Positions 51,917-61,410 of a DNA stretch of 64,000 nt are shown in pieces. Below the pieces are notes generated by a model. The model saw only the letters and a program-made list of their open reading frames with translations. It had not been told where the DNA came from and searched no databases. Location of the stretch: NCBI GenBank assembly GCA_001662655.1, contig KV460208.1. The stretch is one strand, 5' to 3'. The number at the start of each line of letters is the position of its first letter. Position 1 is the first letter of the stretch. The stretch comes from Pseudogymnoascus verrucosus. Taxonomy: Eukaryota. Position numbers and translations under genes: made by a program.

Positions 51917-52057
51917 CTATTATGTTAACAGAGTATAATAAACTACGCTACTTAGACGTGTCACTTGCTATACGTGTACGTTCTACAGAAATTGTTTTTA
52001 TACTAAAGATAGAAAAGTACATAAAGTTGCAGACATCCACCTAAGATCCATCCCTAA

Positions 52058-53515
52058 TTACCCTAATTGCATCGTTGCTGGAAATTTAATAGTAACCAAA
52101 GTCTCTTTTTCTGTCGCCTGCAATTTAAGCCGAACCCCACTTACACTGATCTCAACCCCCTTTTTAGCAAAATCATCCGGAACCCCTGCGTGGGTGACAC
52201 CAAGGGCGTCGATATCGTCTCCAAAAATTGCATCAGGCTCTTCGACTAGCTCGTGGAACAGTCTTGGATCGGCATGCTGCCGCCTGTGCCTGTGCTTAGA
52301 TCCGTAGACTGGCCCCCTTACATTCCTAATGACTTTGCGCACAGTCGGTTTTGTCGATTGAGGGTTATCCGGAACCCCAGCGTGGGTGACGCCAAGGGCA
52401 TCGATGTCCTCGCCGAAAACAGCATCTGGCTCTTCAACAACCTCATGCATGACGTCGGCGTCCCAGTGAAGGTCACTAGCACTAGGTTCAATCCGCTTAA
52501 CCCTAAGCCTGCGCCTCGCGTGACGAGGGGGGTCAGGGATTCCAGCGTGCCTCACACCGAGGGCATGAAGGTCATCGCCAAAAATATAGTCTGGTTCCTC
52601 AACAACCTCGTGCATAACATCAGCATCCCAATGCAGGTCGTCAGAAGCGGGAACAGCGCGTTTAACCCTGACGTAGCGCCTTGGCTGGCGTAGCGGTTCA
52701 GCAGTGTTGCCAACTGAGCGAGAGGCCTTGCTTCCTGATGGGTGACCGTTGGGTACTCCTGCATGGAGAACGCCAAGTGCATCTATGTCCTCACCAAAAA
52801 TATACTCTGGCTCTTCGACGACTTCGTGGATGAGGTTGTCATCCCAATGGAGATCGTCGGCGTTAGGACGAGCGCGTCTGACCCTGATATAGCGCTTAGC
52901 CTGGTTGGCCTGCCTCGTGTTGCCGGTGGTTGTGCGGGACTTCCTTGTCAATCGGGGGGGATCTGGTGTCCCAGCATGAGTCACACCAAGAGCATAGATG
53001 TCATCGGCGAAGACAAGGTCAGGTTCTTCTACGAGCTCATGGAAGAGCGCCGGGTCGGCGTGGACATTGGGATCGGTGTTCCTCAGCTGGCGTTTACCCT
53101 GGTGGGATTGCCTGATTGCGTTGCCAGTCGCTGTGCGGGCAGTCTTCCTCACCGAGTGTGGGGTATCGGGCTGTCCGGCATGGGTGACACCAAGTGCATA
53201 TATGTCGTCGGCGAAAACAAGGTCTGGCTCTTCGACTAGCTCGTGGAAGAGTTCGGGATCGGCGTGGGGGGCGTCTTTGTCGGTTTCATATTCATGTTGG
53301 GCTTGGTTTCTTGACTCTGCGTTTTGGATCTGGGTGTTCTTCGTCAGCGGATTATCGTGCGCTGCTGTCTTCTTGCCCTGTGAGCCTGGCAATTTGGCGG
53401 CTCGGTTGGCCCTATCTGTAGGGTTCAGCGGCGTTCGGCGAGCTTCGAGGCTGGGCATTCGGGTGAATCCTTTCGATTTAAGACTGGTATAGTAGCTATG
53501 ATAAGTGTAATTCAT
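52058..53515 (-). CDS. Uncharacterised protein with six ~34-aa His/acidic repeats separated by basic linkers (alternative start ATG 53458)
   Basis: Intact intronless 485-aa ORF. Consensus H-[AW]-D-x4-HE-[LV]-VEEP-[DE]-x2-F-[AG]-[DE]-D-[IL]-x-ALGV-x-HAG-x-P-[DN]. Repeat DNA differs largely at synonymous positions. Confidence 0.85.
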   Translation of the reverse strand: MNYTYHSYYTSLKSKGFTRMPSLEARRTPLNPTDRANRAAKLPGSQGKKTAAHDNPLTKNTQIQNAESRNQAQHEYETDKDAPHADPELFHELVEEPDLVFADDIYALGVTHAGQPDTPHSVRKTARTATGNAIRQSHQGKRQLRNTDPNVHADPALFHELVEEPDLVFADDIYALGVTHAGTPDPPRLTRKSRTTTGNTRQANQAKRYIRVRRARPNADDLHWDDNLIHEVVEEPEYIFGEDIDALGVLHAGVPNGHPSGSKASRSVGNTAEPLRQPRRYVRVKRAVPASDDLHWDADVMHEVVEEPDYIFGDDLHALGVRHAGIPDPPRHARRRLRVKRIEPSASDLHWDADVMHEVVEEPDAVFGEDIDALGVTHAGVPDNPQSTKPTVRKVIRNVRGPVYGSKHRHRRQHADPRLFHELVEEPDAIFGDDIDALGVTHAGVPDDFAKKGVEISVSGVRLKLQATEKETLVTIKFPATMQLG

Positions 53516-54398
53516 ACATAATTAACGAATAGCGTACAAAGCCAAATGATATATAGGTAATATGGTTGCTTCCCGCATTTCGCCACCACACGGGAAGCGA
53601 GTGGGATGACCGAATGCGTAGAACTTGCGCGCTGACGCACATATGAGTGAAATCGAGATTCCGCGTGAGTTGAAGTGGTATATATGAGGTAGAAAGTTTC
53701 CCCATCTCGTTAGTACCGAACTTTATGGGAACAGCTAGATGGATAGTGTGTCGCACCGACAGAATGGACCATGGTTACAATATACTCATCCACCACTCTC
53801 CTTTCGCCTCTTCATCTGCGTTTCGCCTTATAATCGTTGAATCGACACTTTGGAGGGAGCAATTACGAAAATGGTATGTCACGTTAGTTAGATGGATGAA
53901 GTAAGTGGAAGCTCTTAGTTATTCTAATCAAGATTGCGATTCACTCGCCAATACCATGACCTCCGTTGTCCCAAATTTCCCTAATGACGATGATGTCACC
54001 TAAACCTGTACAGATACTTTTAGCGAAGTACTGTATGGTGTTGTTGGATAGCTAACGGGGTATTAGATAGTCTACTAGATAGGACATTTGATATTCGTCT
54101 TAAGTACAACGCAGACCTTTTGCCACCTTTGGGTCTTAGGCATAAACCACGATTCCAAAAAGCTAGATCAACTGGATGGGTACATATACATATCACCTCT
54201 GTCCTTCTATGAGTCCATTAGATCTCAGTTTGAACTCTAGCTCGGCTGATTATTAGACAATCGCCACAAGATACAAAGACAAGACGACGACAGCAGTACG
54301 ACAACGTGATCCTTATGCAACACGTTAAAAAGAGTCTAGAAGTTTTTTTACGTCAGCATAATAAGCCGATTCCCGATCATGCAGTTCGTGGATCTAGC

Positions 54399-55869
54399 AT
54401 GCCTGACAGGACATCGAACGATGTCAAGCCGTTAAAGATCATCATCATCGGCGCTGGCATTGGCGGCCTCGCTCTCGCTCAGTTGCTCATGTCGGCGCCA
54501 GGGACCCATGTTACATGCTACGAACGTAATGACGGCGTTAACGATCACCACATTGGGTATTGCGTAATGCTCACGGGTTCGACGCTGGCGATGCTAAAGC
54601 GTAAGCTAACTAGAGAGGTCTGGGCACACCTTGCACTTAGCATTGGAGAGGCGCCTGAGGGGGGCGAGAAGGTTGAATTTTTTAAGGGAAATGGCGACAA
54701 GATGTTTGTTTGGGACTCAGACCCCATGAAGGACCAGTTTGCAGTTTCGAGGTGGCAGCTAAACGAAGCTCTTCTACACCAGGCAAAGCCGATTCTTAGG
54801 GTACGCCACGCCTTTGAGCGCTATGAGCTGCTGCCGAAAGGAGGAGTAAGAGTATATTTTAGTAATGGAACTGCTGATGACTGCGACCTCGTCGTAGGCG
54901 CGGACGGCTCTGACTCGAATGTCAAGAAACAATTCATGCCTAACGCTGGTATCAAGGACGTTGGTATGGCAGTTATTTACTTCAAGATTCCCCTCACAGA
55001 AGAATCCATGAGGTTGTTAGGATCCCCTATCAGATCAATGGTGAATCACCTATGCTTCCTCTTATTATCATGAGTATAAAGCTGACCCTAACTAAACCTT
55101 CTGCCCTCACAACGAATACATCATCCTTGCTACCTGGCAGAATCCTCTCATCCCTTATGCAACGCGATACACATCTTCCACCATTGAACCCGACGAGTCC
55201 TTCATTACGTTCGGCGCAGGTTCCCCAGTCTCAAATTTCGACAACCGCCGCTGCGCCCCTAATAACCTCCGTCCCGCGGAACTCAAGGCTGAGGTCATCT
55301 CGCGCACCTCTAAAACCGGCATCCACCCACGCTTCGCCATGCTCGCCCAAATGGCATGCATAGACACAGCACATGTGTTTCTGGTGCAGAAATGCGATGT
55401 CGTGCACCCCTGGGCCTCACCGAACGTCACTCTCCTCGGCGATGCCGTCTTCAACATGAGCAACATACTAAGTAGGGGGGCAAATTGCGCGCTCCTCGAC
55501 GCTGTGAATCTCGCTGAGCACATCACCTCGCCCACGTATGACCGAAACTCGCCTACCAGCCTAGACGCCTACGTGAAAGATAACATAGAGCGCCGTCAAA
55601 ACGAGCGTTACCGCTCGTACCTGTTGCAGAAGGTCATGTTCTCTTGCCAGAACCGCTTCATGGGGTTTGTGCGCAACAAGACGCTACCGCTCGCGCTTCG
55701 TAGGATCGACGACCTAGATCGCGAGAAGCATAATGTGGCTGAGACGTGGGTGGCGAATGAGCAGAACGACTTACTGCCGTCGGAGAGGGATCCGGAGTGG
55801 GTAGAGGAGCTGCGGTGGGAGGAGATCTATATGGAGCAGCATGGCAGCAAGAGGATTAGGGGCAGCTAG
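54399..55869 (+). CDS. FAD-dependent monooxygenase (aromatic hydroxylase type), with a suspect intron acceptor
   Basis: IIIIGAGIGGL, DLVVGADG, VTLLGDAVF...RGANCALLDA. Intron from 55041 whose expected acceptor reads TAA at 55093-55095. Start could be an upstream in-frame ATG (MQHVKK). Confidence 0.78.
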
Positions 55870-56341
55870 ATCGCAAAAGAGGCTATAAAAAACACATACA
55901 TCATACATACCTACGCGGTTCCTAAAATAAAGTACAGATACTCAAACTGGTTGGCTGCTACTAGTGCACTACTCGCAACTAACCCCACCATCGAGTTTGG
56001 CGCTTATTATATTTAGGTGGATATCTAACAAGGCTTACGCGCTAGCATGCATTAGCTGCATATAACGTGACTACCTATAACCGTCAACTTATAAAGTGAG
56101 AATCCTGGTCGTCAGATCCGAGCACCTGAACCTCTGACCTCTGAATCCTTCAACTCCAACATAAACATGGGTAATTGACCCGAAGTTGCATTTTTCTATG
56201 GCTAGTTCCCGACATGAAATTCTCCGAGAGTGCGCTGGCTAAGGTCGCACCACGAGTTTTGACTGGCTGGTGCATGTAGATGCCGTTAATTTCGATCTGA
56301 ATTGAAATGGCTATTCTCCAGCCGTGGCCATTTGTAGCCAT

Positions 56342-57266
56342 TCACAGGGTTTCGGGTTGTGCCTCACGATCTGCCATAGCCATTCCCCAAAGTCTCTCCA
56401 CAAAATCCCAATACCCCTTTTCCCCACCATTCCCCTTAAACAACTGCACGTGTTCAGCTCCCTCGACTAACTTCTTCACCACTGTATACCCCTTGTTCTC
56501 CGCAACCGTAGCATGCTTCTCAATGTCCTTCCAGTCTATAGCCAGATCCTCTTTGCTATAGATATAGCCCCTCGCACAATCCATAGGCACGAAGTTCTGA
56601 TCATTCGTCCCATACATTAGACTCTAAACCAAGTCCTTCCAAACCCATTTCGGCATCCAATTCACCGTCACGAACACCACCAAGACAATTTCTAGTGACA
56701 CAGCCATATACGGTAGCCATAAGTACAGAGGCCATTTAACGACAGGCACAGCAAGGGCATGCATATCGCGACGAAACTGTGGTATCCCTGGAGCGGAATC
56801 AAGGAGAAAGGCTTTGGCAGGCAGAGCTTTTCCTGTCAGGGCTTGATAGGTTCCAGCGACTGCGTACATGCGCTTCGTACCTCCATTGCTTAGCGCATGC
56901 ACGAAGAGCCTCTCGTTGGCTTGACCCGGGGCCAGGATAGCGCTCACAGCTTCCTTGACATCCGTACGCCGGCGGGCCTCGGATTGGAAGAGAAATTCTT
57001 TGGTGTTCGTAGTTGCTAGAATAATCCTAGCGGAGGGGTAGAGGCACATGTAGGTCCTGCAATAGTGGTCAATGTGCTTGGGCGCTGCGTTCATCCAGGA
57101 GCAGAGAAGAATGGTCGTGGGGTCGTGAGGGGAGCCGGTACTAGCGCTGGATCGTGGAGGTGTGTAGAGGCTAATTTTTGGGGGAGAGACGAGTCAACGC
57201 TGAGAGAGGCTTCGGGATCAGAGGCTTTGCATCGCCGATTTCTGTTGGATGTGTGCTTAACGGCAT
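56342..57266 (-). pseudogene. DUF829/TMEM53-like (PaxU-like) alpha/beta-hydrolase-fold pseudogene
   Basis: LLCSWMNAAPKHI, VHALSNGG, LLDSAPG, YIYSKED, AEHVQ. +1 frameshift in an A5 run near 57175 and in-frame TAG at 56626-56624. Confidence 0.8.
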
Positions 57267-57349
57267 TTTGGTTGAATTGAATGAAGTGAAGTTTTTCTTG
57301 ACTTTGAAACGGAGTGAATTAAACGAATGCTTTCTGGTTGAGAGGCTAG

Positions 57350-58296
57350 CATAAAGCTGGTCTCCGGTGAGGAGTGGATCGGACCAGCTTACTGCCGCAT
57401 AAAAATCTGGTCCGCTGTCCATCCACTGCGGGACAATGTTGACAGTAGTAAATTGAACACCATCCCAGGACCCGATCCAATACGCTATACCAGCCGTTCT
57501 ATTATAGCGATATCCGTTTGCTCCGGCAGCAAGAATCCACGCACGCTTAGTGCTATCTTCGTCCACATCTAGCTGGTACAGGTCTAAACACTCCAGAACA
57601 CCAAGATCAACCCTAAAGTCTTGGGGATAAACCCAGATCTATATACCCAGGTTTTTAGATTTGAGGAGGTGTAAAAACCAATTCGATTGCCTTCCGCAAG
57701 GGTCATGACCCACCGCGAACGTGTAGCGTCCCAGAAAACCTTCGGGTCTCGAAAGTCGGGTTTTTCACCGACGTTGGGGTTGGGCATCACGGGATTCCCC
57801 GAGAATGGTGTGAATGTGTAACCGTTATCGCTGGAATAAAAAAGAGACTGCTGCTGGATTCCATCTGCCACTTATGTGACAAGCGCAATGACAGCATTTA
57901 GCCCGAATCCTGCGGTATTATAAGTGTCGATGACAGCACTCCCAGTCTCAATATCGCCGAGATAGATCCCGTTTTGGTTTGGCTTATATTTTTCGATCGC
58001 AACACCGCGTCGAGTCCAGTGGATCAAGTCAGTGCTCGTGACATGGTACCACTCTGTGCCACCGCCTGCGTTGGGGTTGGCTTCATTAAAATCGGCATTG
58101 AAGAGATAACACATATGCCATTCTTCCCCAAGGAAAAATGGACGCTGCGGATCATTCATCCAGTTCAATTCGGGGGTGACATGGTAGCTAGGGCGGGCGT
58201 CAGTAGCAGTGGTGCAGGATATCGCAAACAGGTAAAGGTTACTGTTGACAGAAATCGGAGGCCGAGCTCCCTTCGAAGAAACAAAGTGAAGATCAT
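57350..58296 (-). pseudogene. GH32 levanase/levanbiohydrolase-like pseudogene, 3'-truncated
   Basis: WMNDPQRP, FRDPKV and (V)LEC catalytic motifs, GPDFYAA. In-frame TAA at 57874-57872, frameshift near 57610 and a probable one in the leader; no introns; beta-sandwich part absent. Confidence 0.85.
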
Positions 58297-59363
58297 GGTG
58301 GAGATTAGACGTATCAACAGTCATGCTAATGGAAAGTCAAAGATGTTTAGCAGAGATCAAGCGTGTTTTCCTGGCGATGCACTCAACTCGGCTTTGGATT
58401 CTAAAAAGTCGAGGTATTTGTGGCTGCGTTGGGATTCTCGTTAGTAACTAAACTTCCAGCCATTGGGGCGGCCCCGGGGGGGGGGGTTTACAAACTCATA
58501 AGCCTCACAAGCAGCAATATCGCCCTGTAAATGCCTCTACTGTAGTGCATACATATGAAAGAAAACGGGTATCGGAGTAGAATATGTACTCGTTTGAAGA
58601 GTTCTCTTATCACGAAGAATCTAAGAAACTAATCTATCAGATGTCAGATGATGTTTCGAATTAATCAAAGAGACAGCCTGCCGCCACCATGTAGCATATC
58701 AAGAGGTAAACATAGGTTTATTGGTAGGAAAAATCTACACTACAGCTAACGCCACCAGCGTAGTACCCAGATTATCAACATATATCCACGCTACAGGTGG
58801 GCGGAGAACCCGGAGCCCTTGTCGTGGTAGACTTGGCAGGGATTCTGAAAGGCGGGGAACCTTGAACATAAAGGAGGGCTGAGGCGCCTACCATATGTCA
58901 CGAGGATCTAGTGGAAATCGTGATGTTATAATTCTCGAGTTCTCTGGTCCGCTTACATGTTTCCCTAGTCGATGACCTCATTGGTCAGCCAGTCGTTCCT
59001 GCCAAGCCTCGTCACCTCCTTACTACCAAGTCCCCAACTAAGTTGCTGTGCCGTGGATAATGTGATGTCGCCACCTATGACTCGCCCAGTAAAAGATGCA
59101 CACATAATAAGTTCATTTGATCAGGCACTGGAATATTGTAACGGAGATCTGGTGTCAGATATGAATTTTGAGTTAATGAATGGTAAGTTGGTAAGAATGT
59201 TTTTAAAATCCTTGACAACCCGCCGCCCCACTACCCCTCTAGAGACTTTTAGCGACGACGGCCTATATTCGGCCGAGTTTCCATGTTCAACCCTCATCCA
59301 CTCTCTGCTTACATGCCTCACTACCGTCTCTTTATGTGCGAGCGAAGCTTTGGGTGACAGAAG

Positions 59364-61410
59364 ATGTCTGCGAATACTAATGTTGGCAATGCACGACAAC
59401 GGTCTACCTTAGCCTGTGACATGTGCCGCTCACGAAGGACAAAATGTGACATGCGTAAGCCAACCTGTTCGTTTTGCGACGAGCATGGCATAGTATGCAA
59501 TTACAGAGTGCCAGCTGCTCCTAGTCCCTCAAAGTACGTCCATCGGTGACTTTAGATTGAAAGGTGACTATTAGCTAAAATCACTTGATAGGAACGACCT
59601 AGAAATCCAGGCTATTAGGGAACGCCTTGATGATCTTTGCGGTCTGGTTTCTATGCGGCGTCTTGACCCCAATTATGTGCTTCCAGGCGGCTCAACAAGC
59701 CCAAATCCAACAAGTTTTGATCAATATCCTACGGCTGAGTCCATCATTAGTCGGAATTGGAGGATGGAGTTTCCATTTATGACAATCCAGACTCCTTCGA
59801 CGATGTGCCTACTCGGACAGGATCCCAAACTGGCCGCTCAGATGGTTAGCATAGAGAGGACTAAGTTGGACATGTTGACTCCGCCGGTTGTTTCTGTCGG
59901 CTTTAGATTCCATTACGAGAACGCTGTTAGGTGAGAAATGTCTCATATCGATCTCTAGAGAAAGGGCTCACACTAGATTCTAGCGCCTTTGGATTCTTTT
60001 ACGACAGGATACAACATTGGTATCCCATCTTACACCAGGAATTCTTCGGCTTGTATCTTGAAAGTATCGTTGGCGACTTCAGCCCTTGCCCAGACTCTTG
60101 CCTTGTTCTCCTTGTAGCTGCTATCGGTTCGGTATGCCAATGTTCATCTCTTGCAACGGCTTATGCAACGCGACCTGATGTCGACTATATTGGGAAAGCG
60201 CTTACAATGCTGCCAAACGTCCATTTCGAGTTCAGCTTGAGAAGCGTTCAGTGCCTCGTTCTTTTTGGTGTATACTACAACTGCATTGGAAAGCCATGCC
60301 AAGCACACGACTATATATTGATGGCTTCGTGCAAGGCGCAGGCGCTATTAAAATGGTGCGTTTATTTTTCTTGACTCTATACATAGGCCATTGGTTGACT
60401 AATATCGAGATAGCCATCTTTACGCGGAAAATAGCAGCGCCATGGAGCTTCTAAGAAGGGCGTTTTGGTCCATTTTTCTTATCGAAACGTTAAGTTCTCT
60501 TACACACTCACTAAATGGTCAGTGCTCTAACAGGTTATTTCTGTAGTGAGCTAGGCTATCATATGGATATGCCTGAGAGTAATATCTGGAAATTTGACGA
60601 TCGCATTCTTCTCCCTGGCATCCATGACTCTTGGGAACCCTTTCAAGAGAGTAATAGGTTCCTGTTTGATCAAATTCGGCCGTCGAACACATCCGCACTC
60701 AGCCCAAACGATACGAAGGCCTATTTCCTGGCAGCCATTTCAATGTGCCGCATGATGCGTCGTTGTTTCGCGTCCGTGACATTCTCTAATAATAAGGAGG
60801 TTTATGCCCCAATTATTGCCGCCGAACTTTTGTATCAGCTAGAAAATTGGTATGGTAACCTACCTACGAGCCTCAGTTTCCACCGGCAAATCCCTCACCC
60901 TACCGCATACGATGATACCCTTAGCTATGCTACCCCCCAACCGTATTCTAGCCAAGCTGCTGCTAGATGCTTTCTCCAGATGCAATTTTACCAGTGTCTG
61001 GTATCCACATACTGGCCCGCAGTTTACAGCGTCATGTACCTGGATGTCGCAGCTGCGGAGACACTGTTTGATTGCTCACGCTTCTTTGACGCGTACGTTA
61101 GCCTCGTTTCGAGTATAGCTACGGCTATCCGATGCTGCTCACATACTCCTTGGAATTTTTATGCAAGGTGAGAATGAACAATTCCTCCCACATCATGCTC
61201 TTCATCGTTTTGACAGAAAGCAGTCTTTTTATAACAACCATGGCAGCACACAAAGGCGCACGTGCAGTCTGCCTCCGGGATACGATTTCGCCACGAGTGA
61301 TTCGCTGTTTTGATATTGCGACGAACATCTTTGATGAAGCTGTGGCAACCAGCCCCTCATTGGCGATATTAGGAGCAATACTATCGCAACAGGTTAGAGT
61401 CACGTCCTGA
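59364..61410 (+). CDS. Zn(II)2Cys6 fungal transcription factor; 6 exons
   Basis: ACDMCRSRRTKCDMRKPTCSFCDEHGIVC, plus WYPIL and RRAFWSIFLIE of the middle homology region. Five introns join the ORFs in frame. Confidence 0.88.

Noticed and set aside
52058..53515. Classical dikaritin/KEP precursor call
   Set aside because: No signal peptide and no DUF3328 gene nearby; kept only as a hypothesis in findings.
55800..55830. Monooxygenase tail EELRWEE resembling the repeat motif DDLHWD
   Set aside because: Too short to distinguish from chance.
58297..59363. InuR/AmyR-type regulation of the GH32 relic by the divergent Zn2Cys6 factor
   Set aside because: The CGG pairs I found are spaced N4 or N6 rather than N8, and the factor is not recognisably InuR-like.
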